Source: Octopus sinensis (taxonomy: Eukaryota). Taken from it: 64,000 nt of DNA. The stretch lies in assembly GCF_006345805.1 (NCBI RefSeq), contig NC_043005.1, positions 45,260,001 to 45,324,000 of the forward strand, in the 5' to 3' direction. The translations under genes and the position numbers were made by a program. Under the pieces are notes generated by a model that was given only the letters and a program-made list of their open reading frames with translations, had not been told where the DNA came from and did not search any database. Positions 25,836 to 39,099 of the stretch are shown here, in pieces; position 1 is the stretch's first letter; every line of letters begins with the position of its first letter.

Positions 25836-26468
25836 TAAAAGTTATTTTCATCTCTCTCTCCCCACTTTGGATTTTTTACATTGCTAGTTCAACAGGATTA
25901 AGGAATTGTTTTGATTCCAAATTTAAAATTGGAAATATTTGATTCTTTTGTATCTATTTGATTTGTATAAGAGTGGGAATATTGATCTTTGAACTATTTT
26001 TTTCATCTCTCATTTATAAATTATCCACTTGAACCATAAGGCTGATATGTGGTTTGAGATTTTAGATAAATGCTTGAGACAACTATTCTGTGTAAGAGGC
26101 TTGTTTGTCAGTGGTTCTCTTCAGAAATCTGAATACATTGCCTTCAACTAAAGAGATTTTAAGATAAACTTAACTGAGTGTCCTATCTAGAAACAAAACA
26201 AGACTTCTATAACAGATGAAAAATCATTACCTGTGGCCCTGTTCACTTAGCCATTCCTTTCCAGTGTATAAACCAAGGGTTTGTTAGACATATGGGCAGT
26301 TTTTCATACTGACTGCTAACTACCCTTAAGTTTCTAATCATTGAGAATCGATGATATTTAAAACAAAAAAAATTAAGTATAATGTTTAAGATTACTATGA
26401 AGTTAATTTTTTCACAGGAAATATATTTATTGCACCTAAGAAATTAAACAATTGAAAGATACATGCAT

Positions 26469-26533
<65 letters not shown>

Positions 26534-29500
26534 TATGCATATGTCTGCATGTATATTGCATGTATTTTAAGCATGAGCTCTATTTTCAGTTGTGCAAAAT
26601 TTTTGAAAGTTATCTTGAATATACAATTTCCATTGTTTAGTATTTTTTACTGTGTGCTAAATCAGTTGAAACATCTAATCTTAAACTACTCATTGCACCA
26701 ATAAATCTGCATTATTTTTCTTCATATAAAACATTAAACCCACCCTAAACTTTATATTTTATTAGACACACACACACAGATTTGTTTCTTTCGTTCTTTC
26801 TCTTTCTCAGCCCTTCTCCAAAATGATAATAATATTCTTAAGCTGCTCACCTGTTGGAAACTGATAAGTTTATTTTATATTGAAATGTATTGATTAAACA
26901 TACAGATTATCAAGTTTCTGCTTATATTAGTAGTGCAATATCAGTTTGGTTTTACTATTGTTATTAAATTATTTTATCAAAATCTCTATCTTGTAAATAT
27001 TGATTTCTAGACAACGTACTTTGATGTAGACTGCTGTACACTATAATTACTAATTGTTTCAGAAATGTTTCCATTTTCTTTACAAACTTGCTATAATTTC
27101 GTTTACTTAATTTATTTTTGTACAGAATGTAAGCAGCTTGTTGGCAATTTAATTTATTCTACAAACATATTTCCAGCAATGTTTAATAACAGAAAAAGGA
27201 AAAAAAAAAAAGATTATATTATTTTAGTTAAAAGTTTCCTTATGCCCCCACCCTTTTTTTTTTTTAACTAATTTAAAGTCATTTTGAATTTAATGAAATT
27301 GAAGAAGAGTACCTTTGAGAATGAACTGAATTACTTTGCTATTTTAACTTGAAGTTAGGAAATAACTACATCTGAATTAATACAAGCTAGATAATGTTCA
27401 ATATAAAATTTATTCTTTCTCAGTTTATTTTAACTATAAATATATTTTATTACTAACTACTGCATGTTGATGTATTAGATGAAGGTAAAAAAAAATAAGT
27501 TTATTCTCATAAACTTAGGTTTTCCTTCAACTTTTCCTACCTTATACCTGGTTCTTCAGTTTGGATAGGCCATCAAGTAATGTCCCCGCCCTCAATCTCT
27601 ACTGGCCACACCTACTTTTGGTCATGCCAATTATCAGGTATAGCTGTCCAACTAGAAATGCTTGCTGTTTCCACATTTTCCTGATTAAATTTCCCAGTCT
27701 TCCCTTCTACTTCCCCTGACATTACTAGTACCATAAATCAGCTCTACTTAAACAGTATATTTTAATATCCACCATTTTTTATGATTTCTCTCTGAAATAC
27801 ACTTCCCACCACAAAAAGTTGTTACACCACATCTGATAAGATTTCTTAACAATAAGATTTTTTCCGTATTGAAATGGTGAACAATTGATGTTTTATGAAA
27901 GATTTGTTACAGACAAATGAAAAACATTTTTTTACAGTATCCCCCAAAAATTATTAAGGATTTTTGCTCAGTTGAAAACGCAACTGGAATTTCTTAGCAC
28001 ACTTCAAGATGGGTTTGGTGTTTCTAAGTCTGACTATTACAAAATAATAGATTATATTTATCTAAGGTGACTTTAATGTATGTGTTGCTTTAAGAATCAG
28101 AAATCTTATATTTGTCAAAATAATCTTTCTGCTTTATTAGAGATAATGATTCAAATAGTGATTTTGTGTAAGATGCTTGATCTAAGCATTGTAAACGACC
28201 AAACTACACATAAATTTCCTGTTTATTAATCTCTCCCACAGTGAATTACTCTCTCATATGTTCTCCTGTTAGGTAAGTAGGTTGTAAGGTGTGTAGTGCT
28301 TTAACCATGGCACAGCACAGTCCCCCAAAATAGGCTTAAAAACTCATAATGTTTCAGTTGCAATCCCTTATTCATTCAACTGCTCCAACAATACATAATA
28401 TTCTCATAAAATACTAGAAAGACATTTGTTGTTGTTGTTGTTTATATAATGTTAGATTTATTTCATGTTGTAAAACATACATCCAGTTACGCTCCCTTTT
28501 ACTCCTGTTAACAATATTTTATTTATTATTTTACTTTATGTAGGTCATTTATTTATGTAAAGGTAACCTTCTTTAACTTTCTGTCTATTGACTTTTCTTA
28601 CATAACTCCAATAAAACTATTCTCCCTGATCTTTTCAGAATGACTTGACACTCCAGTAGTTAATGTGTGTGTGTGTGTGTATATCTGTGTGTACGCATAT
28701 ACATGTGTGTAAATGCGTGTGCGTCTGCATCTGCTTTACCCCCTTCGCCTAGCATGCAGAGTTGTGCAGTAGAAAGCTGCCAGCCCACCTTGTTAGCTGA
28801 TAACATGCAACATGGATAGCTAACAACTACTTTGTTGGCTCACTACATACAATTGAAACCCCTACCCTTTTTGGCAAACAAAACTGCAAAATCCTTTCAT
28901 ATCATACAGTTGTTGTCCAATTAATGACCTTTCTGTATTTTTCTGACTTTAACTTTTATTGTAAATGTTTAAATTTAAATAATAGAGAGTATTTTTGGAT
29001 GTTTTTGATTACATTCAACCAAATGTGCTTCTGACGATATTTTATACACCTCTTATGAATGAAACTAGAAAAGCTAACCTATCCAGTTAAACATGTTGTT
29101 AAACTACTTTACACCTATTGTTAGGGCTCACAATAAAACGAAATAACTTATTTTTAATTTATTTAATCATACAGAATGCTCTTTTTATTGTATTTAAATT
29201 ATTGTATTGTACCTACTGATAACTATCCTTCACAATCAAGTATGCATGAACACATGCATGATATATAGTCATCACAGGTTTAGAGAGGCTGCTGCAATCA
29301 CTCAGTGCATTAGCCTCTAAAATGTGAATAAATCTAAGTTAGGTTCAGTACTCTAATATAACAAGCCATTGAATCTTTGTTGATAGTGCAACTGAGGTCT
29401 ACCATTTGTTTCTCCTGTATGACCTAATCTCATTCTTCCAACCTGAAGAATTCTGTGCATTGCTGAGATCGTTACACGTACAGGCTGATATACATTGTGT

Positions 29501-31344
29501 GGATGGGTGTGGTTGTTCTTTTTTTTGTGTTTTAAATAAAATTCCTTCCTATTTTAAAGGAACTTGATAGGGGAAGAGAAGGCTTTCAAGTTGGCCATGC
29601 AAGTTTTCACTCTAAAAGCCATTACACTAAGCCCTAAGCAACTTGAAGACATTTTACTTGGATATAATTTATATTGTTGTTAATCTCGTCTGTTTCTCAG
29701 TGTTCTAAAGTCATACATAAATTATTGTAATATTTTATACAATAGTTGTCTTGTAACAGCATATGTATGCCAAAGCTGACTGATTTACAATTTGAATAAT
29801 GACCTGCTGTACAAATATATACATTTTATTCATTTACATACCATTACAGCTTGTAATAATGATATATTTACTACAACTTCACTTCTCAATCCAGTTACAT
29901 CTGTAATGTGGTCAGCCATTATCACATAACATTAAAGGTTTTGATGGGGTTTTTTTATACATTTTATTTATATATTTGTTTAGCCAATATTTTATTGTCA
30001 CAGAAATGAAAATAGAAAGTATCACTATCATAGTTGTTTTGTTTTTTTTCTTTTCTGTTAAGCTAAGAAAAGCAGTAACAAAAATAGATGAATTATAAGC
30101 ATTAGCTTGAAGTGATGAGCAGGCAATTTATTGGTTGTCATTATTCAGGACTGATTCTGTTCATTCCTTTAAATCAGTTGTTTAGTAGAAATTTATAAGA
30201 TTTTTAAGATAGTGTTAGTACTTAGCCAAAGATCAGATATCTATTAAGTGCAATTAGTAGGTGGTGTTTTACACTCACTTGGGTTTACTTCTTTAAAATG
30301 GTGCGGAAGGTGTCAAAGGAACAAATACTGAGTAAGTTTTAGCAAAGTGCTCATAAAGATTTTCATGACAATATATCCAATTTCTAAAATATGTTTCCAT
30401 TTGCTCAATTTTTTTTTCTTTTGCTTTTTCTTCTCTATATTAGTATTTTTTACTTATATGCAAATGAGAATATTTGTGTTCTTGCAAATGATTGTTTTTA
30501 AAGTCTTTGCTAGTTGTCTTAACTTATTTTGTGAAATATAGCTGGGAATTACCTGTTAAATATTGAAGTCAACATACTTTAAAATTTCATTAAATTTTAA
30601 AGACAGAAGACTTGACATATTTCATATACTCTGATATATCAGGGAGTGTGATAATTCAAATATTCAAGGTGATTGTTTTGTCAACCACAATGGAACTAGT
30701 GGAAGGATTGTAGTTATAATTTAACTCTAATTAAGGAACAATTGCATGGTTCTAAGCTCATTAAGAAATAACAGCCATATTTCCTCAACTCATATCCTCT
30801 TACCTAGATTTACAAAAATATAAATGATTAAAGCAAAAACATCTTTCATTATTGGAGCACCTTAATCAGAACTTATCTGAAGCTAAACAACAATATGGGT
30901 TTCCACAAGCCAATAAGGGAGCCTCTATATGGTAGACCATCCTGCTGGAAATAGAAGCTAATTCTCACTCAGATTACATCTTAAGGTATTTAAAAAAAAA
31001 CACATTGGATAATGTTCAAATAACACTTTAATCTGAAAAAGATTAAAATAAAGGAGTTAATCATGGTTGGAATACTTGTCATCATAGGACTGTTTAATCA
31101 GAGCCAACTTAGAGCTAAATAAGTTTCCTTTAATTATTTAAAATATGTGCAGCATATTTAACCATATGTGAATGTTATATATTGTGTAACACATGCATTA
31201 TGAAGACAGTTGATTCTAAACTGGTAGAATTAAATGAGTTCTCTATAATCAGCCAGTTATGTAATGTTTATAAAAAAATACAGTGCAACTGAGAAAAAGA
31301 ATCTGATATTAGAAGCAATGATAATAATAATATAATGGAATAAT

Positions 31345-31760
31345 AACCCTTTCTATCATAGGCACACGGTTTGGAATTTGTGGGGTGGGGGTGAGTCAAT
31401 CAGTTCAACCCCAGTACTTGACCAGTACTTAATTTATCGACCCCAAGAAGATGAAAGGCAAAGTTGACCTCAGCGGAATTTGAACTCAGAATATAAAGAT
31501 GGACAAAATGCTGCTAAGCATTTTACCTGGCATGCTAACGATTTTGCCAACCTGCAATAATAATTTTGGCACAAAGCCAACAATTTTAAGGGAGAAACGA
31601 ATTGATTGCATTGATCCCAGTGCTCAATTGGTACTTGATTTTATTGACCCTGAAAGAGACGAAAGGCAAAGTCAACCTTATTAGAATTTGAATTCAGAAT
31701 GTAAAGACTGACAAAATGCTTAACGGCATTTTGCTCGACATGCTAATGATTCTGCCATAA
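31345..31760 (-). mobile_element. Two tandem M-family SINEs bordered by (AAT)n
   Basis: Each has gaaaggcaaagt..acct...gaatttgaa.tcagaa and ends in ctgc..taataat. Confidence 0.85.
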
Positions 31761-32358
31761 TAATAATAACAATTTTAATCAAATTAAACTCAAATATTTG
31801 TGAATGCTGTAGATCAAAAAGTAAGTTAAGTAATGTCTCTCAGTCATTATGATAATATTTGACATCTACTCATGTGCATTAATATAGTGACTCACTCACT
31901 ATTAATGGTGAAAGAATCACTATATCAATGTACAATAGGGTTATGCTTCATTTAGGAGTTCTAATAAGACCAAAGTAATTCCAGTACCAAGATCAGATTA
32001 AATTAATATTAGTCTTTGAAATAATGTTTCCTTCTCATCACATAAGAATTATCTATTTATTAAATTTGTTCCTCTCACTACATTAAGTTTAGCGACACTA
32101 ACTAGTTTTAATAAGAATTTGATTCCAAGCTGGAATTCACTTCACTTACATATCTAATGTTTTTAAGAAAGCTAGAATTGGTGTGTTCTGAGTTTGGTCT
32201 GCATCAGCATGGTAATGATCTATCCTAGATGAATTACAAGCAAACACAAAAACAAACAAAAAAACAAGTTACATGCAGGAGTACAAAGCCAATGTATTTA
32301 AGCATAGATGGAAGGAAGAGGTATAAACATTTCAACCATTTGTCCTTTGTCAAACTAG

Positions 32359-32406
32359 AAAAGAAGAAGCAAAAGAATAAGTGTGAAGGCTGATGACAGA
32401 CAGAAA
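32359..32406 (+). other. Candidate 48-nt symmetric micro-exon (KRRSKRISVKADDRQK)
   Basis: Acceptor tgtcctttgtcaaactag, donor gtaagt, length 3n, only one frame open. Could be a pseudo-exon. Confidence 0.25.
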
Positions 32407-32524
32407 GTAAGTGAATGTTAGAGGTTTCTAGCAGAAATGGGTAAGCTAGGCAAAGAGCTCACATTGGAGATGCACTGAAAGAATTAAGTATTCAAATCCT
32501 TTCTGTCTCCAGGTAAATGTTAAC

Positions 32525-32730
32525 TTAGTATAAGGCAGCCAGCAGGCATACCAGGTAAAATGCTTAGTGACATTTTATCCATCTTTATAATCTGAGTTCA
32601 AATTCTGCTGAGGTCAACTTTGCTTTTCGTCCTTCCGGGATCGATAAAATAAGCACGAGTTGTACACTAGGGTTGATATAATCAACTATCCCTCTCCTAA
32701 AATTGCTGGCTTTGTGCCAAAATTTGATAC
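32525..32730 (+). mobile_element. M-family SINE
   Basis: ctgagttcaaattctgctgaggtcaactttgcttttcgtccttccgggatcgataaaataag. Confidence 0.8.
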
Positions 32731-33519
32731 TTGTATTAGTATTAATAAGGCAAACTCAGTCATCTTCTTTGGATTGTGGTCTTGGACCCATATATCAGTA
32801 TTTACATTATAAATATAAACATAAAACTATTGAGATAGTTAATGGCATATATTTCTATAATCATATAGCTCCAGTTATTCTTTTTTCCAAGAAGTGTGAA
32901 AACTTGCTCAAATAAAAGTGTTAAATATTGGTAGCTATTATTATTTGGCAAGAGGGAAATAGCCAGCATCTTTTGCAAGGTTGTTTTCTTTTGTTTTATA
33001 GTAGGCTTTAATTCTTAACTTCTAAGATGTTGTTTCAAAGTTGGCTGATAAGAGCTATTTGATTGCTGTGCAAGATTGATTTGCTTTCCTTAGATAACAC
33101 AGTGGGGCTTGTGTAAACTTGTTTAATCTTGCCCACCAATCGCCAATTCATGTCACACCTCTATAAAAGAGGGTTGCATCTTGACTTAGCTTCAAGAGTG
33201 GAACTCAACAGTTTAGAACAGTTGAGAGTCTTCGTTAATGTTAACCATGTTGGCTCTGGAACCATTACTGCAGAAGAGACTTTAGTAGATATGCCAATTT
33301 TGCTTTGGCTGATTAAAATTGTATGTTCCAATTTGGAAAAGCAGAAGATACAGATGGAAGTGAAAATTAAAAAATACACAAATCAAAAGATTTGCTACTT
33401 GTGACACAGAAGAATGCCCATATTAATAGAACTTTGCTTGTGCATTAAATTGCTTGAGAAATAGTTTATGCAAGATAACCAAGTGCTTAAGAACTGAACA
33501 TAAATTATGAGTAGAATAG

Positions 33520-33750
33520 TTTCATCATCATTTAATGTCCATTTTCCATGCTGGAATGTATTGGACAGTTTGACGGATAAGCTGGTAAGCTGAAGAGCTG
33601 CACCAGTCATAGAAACCATATGACTGGTTACTTTTTATGTGATTGCCAGCATGTGACACCAGCACTATGGAACCTGGTGCAGCTCCTGTCAAGTTATCCA
33701 ACCCATGCCAGCTTGGAAAGCAGGTGTTAAACATTGATGGTGATGAATTT
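33520..33750. mobile_element. Two RTE 3'-tail fragments in inverted arrangement (foldback)
   Basis: 33522-33605 is approximately the reverse complement of 33672-33748. Confidence 0.75.
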
Positions 33751-34759
33751 AGTAAAAATAAAATCAACATCAATGGAGCATTGATTATATGTTGTTGGTT
33801 TAACTTGAGCTAAAAATTAAAAAGTCTAATTTTATTTAAAAGAGCAGAAAAAAAAGTAGTTCCATATAAACTTTTTGGCGTTTTTGATATTTTTTTTTTT
33901 GAGATTATCAAATGCCAGTACTATTTTTTATTTTATTTATGTATTACTTTTACTGTGTGTGTGTGTGCGTGTGTTTGTCTTCAGGGTCACTGTTCAGTTT
34001 ATCACTTTTTCTTAATAGTTTTTAAGTGAATTAAAGTTTAGAAAGAAAATCTTTGCTTGTGATCTGCATATATTATAGCACTTTAAATCTGTTCTAATTT
34101 TATGTGAACCAGCTTTTCTTAAGATTCTCTTGACAATGCCAAACACATTGTTTTATGGTTAATCCAATCCTTTATTCATCAATAGACTTTGTATCTAGCT
34201 AATACACTACATTATCAAATTTCACAAATAGTTTAGAGTATGACACCTGGAATTTGATTACTTTGGAGCATCAAAGTCACAGTCATAAACTTGTCGTCTT
34301 TAAATCTCATTGTCTTTGTTGTATTGATTCATTTGTATGCCCTTATCTACTTAGTATTGGTATAAATAAGAGTTCAATCTCTTAATCTTAGTCACATTTT
34401 TTATGCTCACTATTATCGAAATGTTGGATTGGTAAACATTGTGCAAATTGTGGAGAACCAAACTATTTAAGCATTATTTTCTGCTTCGTATTGTCAAGTT
34501 CTAACTTCAAGGGATAAATTCTCCTCATCCTTCTAGGGTTGTAAGCATTTTCTCAGTAATATACCAGGGTGAAGTCAGTTAATTACATGGCCCACTTCCT
34601 GTGAATTAGCCTTATTATTTATATTTATTTTCATTGAATCAATGATATGGTTTTCTTTTTTTTTTTTATCGGAATCAAATTTCTGCCTTATATTTCTATG
34701 TGTATAAATACACACACACAAACACACACATATTTGTGTGTGTGTATACATATGTATAT

Positions 34760-35016
34760 ATTCTTTTGTTCTTTTACTTGTTTCAGTCATTTGACTGTGG
34801 CCACCTTTAGTCAAACAAATCGACTCCAGGACTTATTCTTTGTAAGCCTTGTACTTATTCTATTGGTCTCTTTTGCCAAACCACTAAGTTATGGGGACAT
34901 AAACACACTAACATTGGTTGTCAAGCAATAGTGGCGGGGACACTTACTCAAGGTGCCACACAGTGGGACCGAACTGGAAGCATGTGATTGGAAATCAAGC
35001 TTCTTACCACACAGCA
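34760..35016 (-). mobile_element. SINE T1 with internal deletion
   Basis: Reverse-complement tail (ttgtttcagtcatttgactgtggcca) and head (cttaccacacagc). Confidence 0.8.
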
Positions 35017-35017
35017 C

Positions 35018-35060
<43 letters not shown>

Positions 35061-35062
<2 letters not shown>

Positions 35063-35440
35063 GGAGTGGTTGTGTGGTAAGAAGCTTGCTTCCCAAACAC
35101 ATGGTTCCTGGTTCAGTTCCACTGCGTAACACCTTGGGCAAGTGTCTTATACTATAGCTTTGGGCTGGCCAAAGCGTTGTGAGTGGATTTGACAGATGGA
35201 AACTGAAAGAAGCCTGTTTTATATATATATATATGTGTATTTGTGTCTGTGTTTGTATCTCCACCATCGCTTGACGACCAATGTTGGTGTGTTTACGTCC
35301 CCGTAACTTAGTGGTTTGGCAAAAGAGACCGATAGAATAAAGTACTAGGCTTACAAAGAATAAGTCCTGGGGTCAATTTATTCAACTAAAGGCAGTGCTT
35401 CAGCATGGCCACAGTCAAATAGCTGAAATAAGTAAAAGAG
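35061..35440 (+). mobile_element. SINE T1, full length
   Basis: aggagtggttgtgtggtaagaagcttgcttcccaaacacatggttcctggttcagttcc...aagtaaaagag. Confidence 0.9.
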
Positions 35441-35499
<59 letters not shown>

Positions 35500-36639
35500 T
35501 CTTCTTTCAGTTTTTGCTCCTAAAAACCTTTAAAAAAAACTACTCGTAAGTCTTTCACTAGCCCAGGGCTACAATAGAAAACACTTGGCCAAAGTGCTTA
35601 TCAGTGGGACTGAACCCAAAACTACATGATTGTCAAGTGATATTCTTAATCACAAAGCCATGACTGCAAAGAAACAGACACACTCACACACTCAAGCGAG
35701 AGAGAGGGAGAGAAAAGTATGAATAAATATAGTTTGAATAGTATTGATAATAGAAGCAAATACAATTTGAATTCTACTTTAAAATGCTTTTACTGAAGTA
35801 CTGCAACATATGTGTTGTTTTACAATCTGTAGAGAAATGATTGGACTTATCATCTGATATTTCTTATTAAAAGAGAGTACTGCGAGTGAGTGGAGTTAAT
35901 TTTGTGTGCTTACTTAATTTTATTTATAGAATTGTTGAAGTCTGGAAAATCACTTTTCCATAGATGGAGGATGTGTACTTTAGTGTAAGGGTAGATTGGA
36001 TAGTTTACATAAGGTGGTGTTTCAGATGATTGACCCAGTATGGATTAGACAGGAGTTTTTCAAAATATGCAGTTTACTAGATTGAAATCTAATATGATAA
36101 CTATGAGCTCTGGGGATCAAGAATTATATTAGCTGGGATTACAAAAAAAAAAAAAAAAAAGGCAAAATGATGCAGTTGAAAGAGTTAAGATACCTTGGAA
36201 AGTATTGGCAATGAACGTGCTAAGATATTACTTATTAATGTTATGTAAACTTTGTTCTTTCATTTCTAATAATTAAAACTTCGTACTAAATTTTGATTTT
36301 GATGTCTGTGCAAAACAGGGAGATGTGGATCTATAATCTTGTTCAAAGTGTAATATTAAATAAACCAAGATTGAAGGTGTAGACTGAGATTTAGCTGTTG
36401 AAAATTGAGCACGAGAAAAGGTGAAAATATATTATTGCACAGTGTAAAATAACAGGTGTAAAATTTAAGCAGAGTCAGATTGGTTAAGTGAGATGTGGGG
36501 GGAAAAACAAACAATGCTCATCTTGTTGGATGTATAAAATATGTTTGTATGAAGATAAAGCAGTTTTAACTGAAAATGAGCTTGAAAATAATAAATTTTT
36601 AATGTTCTGGTTAAGTTCCAAAATATTTAATGTTGGTTT

Positions 36640-36845
36640 CAAATTTTGGCACAAAACCAGCAACTTCAGAGAAGGGGAAAAGTCCCTTACACCAATCCCG
36701 GTACTCAAGTGGTACTTATTTCATCAACCCTGAAAGGATGAAAGGCAAACTCGACCTCAGCGGAATTTGAACTCAGAATGTAAAGATGGAAGAAACGTCA
36801 CTAAGCCCAGCATGCTAATGATTCTGCCAGTTCACCGCCTTCAAA
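36640..36845 (-). mobile_element. M-family SINE
   Basis: gaaaggatgaaaggcaaactcgacctcagcggaatttgaactcagaa. Confidence 0.85.
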
Positions 36846-38281
36846 TATACTTAATATTAAGAATTTTCTTTGTCGTTCTTGATCAAAATCCAAGATTATG
36901 TTTGTATAAGAGTTTAAAGGTAATCTTTGGTTCTAATATTTCAAGGGAGCTCACATAAAACTAGTAGTTGTGAATAAGACCAGGCTGGTAAGTACTGTTG
37001 TCACCCACATTGAATGTATTAGATGTCTTGAAAATCTGAATAACTACTTTTCAAAACATAGCTCATGTTAATTATCATTTTCATTTATTTATTTATTTTT
37101 CCTATCATTTTCATTTCAGAATCTTTAGTTGTAAAGATAACTCTTGGAGTCGTTTACATTTAGGCTAAATTTTCATCTGTGCTTTTATATGAATATTATT
37201 TCCCTACTTCCTAGTTGAGTAACCTTTATATCAACTAATTGTCTTTGTGAATTTCTTCCTTTAGCAAATAGCATTTTAGTTAAAATTCCTTTGTTATTGT
37301 TTTATGACTCAAATTTCTCTTAACTTTTACCCACTTACTAGATATTCATATTATAAAGGAAACTAGAGCCCAAGGTGACAAGTAATGGTCTGCATTGATA
37401 AAAATCAGTTGATAAAAGTGCAAAGCTGTATAGCTTCCTGTGTCTTGAGGTGAAGTGGATCTGAAATCCTATTTTAAAGTTACTGGTATAAAAAAATTCT
37501 TTATGCAAAATTTGAACTGTATGGATATTAAAAAAAAATAATCCCCATCTTGGCTGACTTTTACAAAACTGAGTACAATATATGGTGATTGTTTTAATGT
37601 TATGATAAAGGTAGTTGTAAAACATAACTCCTGAAGATAACTATCTGTTTGGGGAATATACACTTAAAATATTGATTCAATCATCAAAAAAGAACTTTTG
37701 GAAGGTATATTTATGCCACTACTTGTTATACAGCTTAAATCTTATCCAAAGTATATCTGTTAGTTATTGTTATCACTTCATAACTCACAACCTCCCAGAG
37801 CACATATCAGTGACAGTTTTTACAATGTAATCACCTTTTAATTATAATATAGCGTATTGTCATATTTTTTTTATTCATTGCTATTACTGGAAAGTGTTAC
37901 AGAGTATGGGAACATCTTAGTTTTTCACAGAGTAATGTAACTGCCAGGCATCTATCCACATATAACAATTAGCTTCATGTATTTAATTGCTGTCATGCTA
38001 AGGAGATAAAGTGAAAAGGAGTATGTCAAATGACTAATAATGAGTAAATGACAGTAGAAGTAAAATGAATGTGAGAGAAAAGATGAGGTGTGAGAACAGG
38101 TCTGTCATGCTTGACTGGAGTTGCAAAATGGAAAGAGAGATTATGAGAATGGGTTTTGTGATATCATTGTCAGAAAATAGTGCTGTAGAGTAATTTATGA
38201 TTCAAATAGGACCACCTGCATATAAAATATCGTTTTTTTTTTTTAGTTTTTTTTTGCTCTTTTTATCACCTTTTGAAAGCC

Positions 38282-38680
38282 TAGGCACAAGCGTGGCTGT
38301 GTGGTAAGGAGTGCTTCCCAACCACATGGTTTTGGGTTCAGTTTCACTGCATGGCCTCTTGGGCAAGTGTCTTCTAGTATAGTCTCAGGCCAACCAAACC
38401 CTTGTGAGTGGGTTTGGTAGATGGAAACTGAAAGAAACCCATCATGTGTGTGTGTGCCTGTCTGTCTCTATGTCCATGTTTGTTCCCCCACCACCACTTG
38501 ACATCTGGCTTTAGAGTGTTTACATCTCCTGTAACTTAGCAGTTCAGCAAAAGCATATGATAGAATAAGTACCTGGCTTAAAACAATAACTTGGGTCAAT
38601 TCATTCAACAAAAAATTCCTCAAAGCAGTACCCCAGCATGGCTGCTGTCTAATGACTGAAACAAGTAAAAGACAAAAGAT
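38282..38680 (+). mobile_element. SINE T1, full length
   Basis: Head gcacaagcgtggctgtgtggtaag, tail ccagcatggctgctgtctaatgactgaaacaagtaaaag. Confidence 0.85.
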
Positions 38681-39049
38681 ACCATAAGGTACGTGTGTGT
38701 GTGCATGCATGCATGTGTGTATCATCATCATTTTAAAATCTACTCTTCTATACTTGCATGGGTCAGATGAAAGTAAATTGATGTGGAGTTCTGTATGGCT
38801 GGATGCCTTTCTTGTTGCCATCCTGCCTTGTTTCGAAGCAGAATAACTTTCTTGTCTATTAAACAGCAGACTGCCTGGACATATTTTATGCAGAGAACTG
38901 GAAGCGAATGACACCATAGTAATGAACCATTTGTTTACAAAAGTTGTGCATGTCAAGAAGTCTTGACATGCTTTCATGATGGATTGCAAGCAAATGACTT
39001 TGTCTGGAAACCATTGTTGACAAACCAGCACGTGCAAAGGAAATATGAA

Positions 39050-39099
<50 letters not shown>

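Noticed and set aside
24230-26200. Mitochondrial insertion (NUMT) or bacterial contamination as the source of the AT-rich block
   Set aside because: No mitochondrial gene, rRNA or tRNA motif was recognised, TAA/TAG stops persist under TGA=Trp codes, and a host MITE is embedded in it.
33129-33404. Overlapping 91-aa (+) and 72-aa (-) ORFs
   Set aside because: No recognisable motif or convincing splice sites; more likely an old decayed element or chance.
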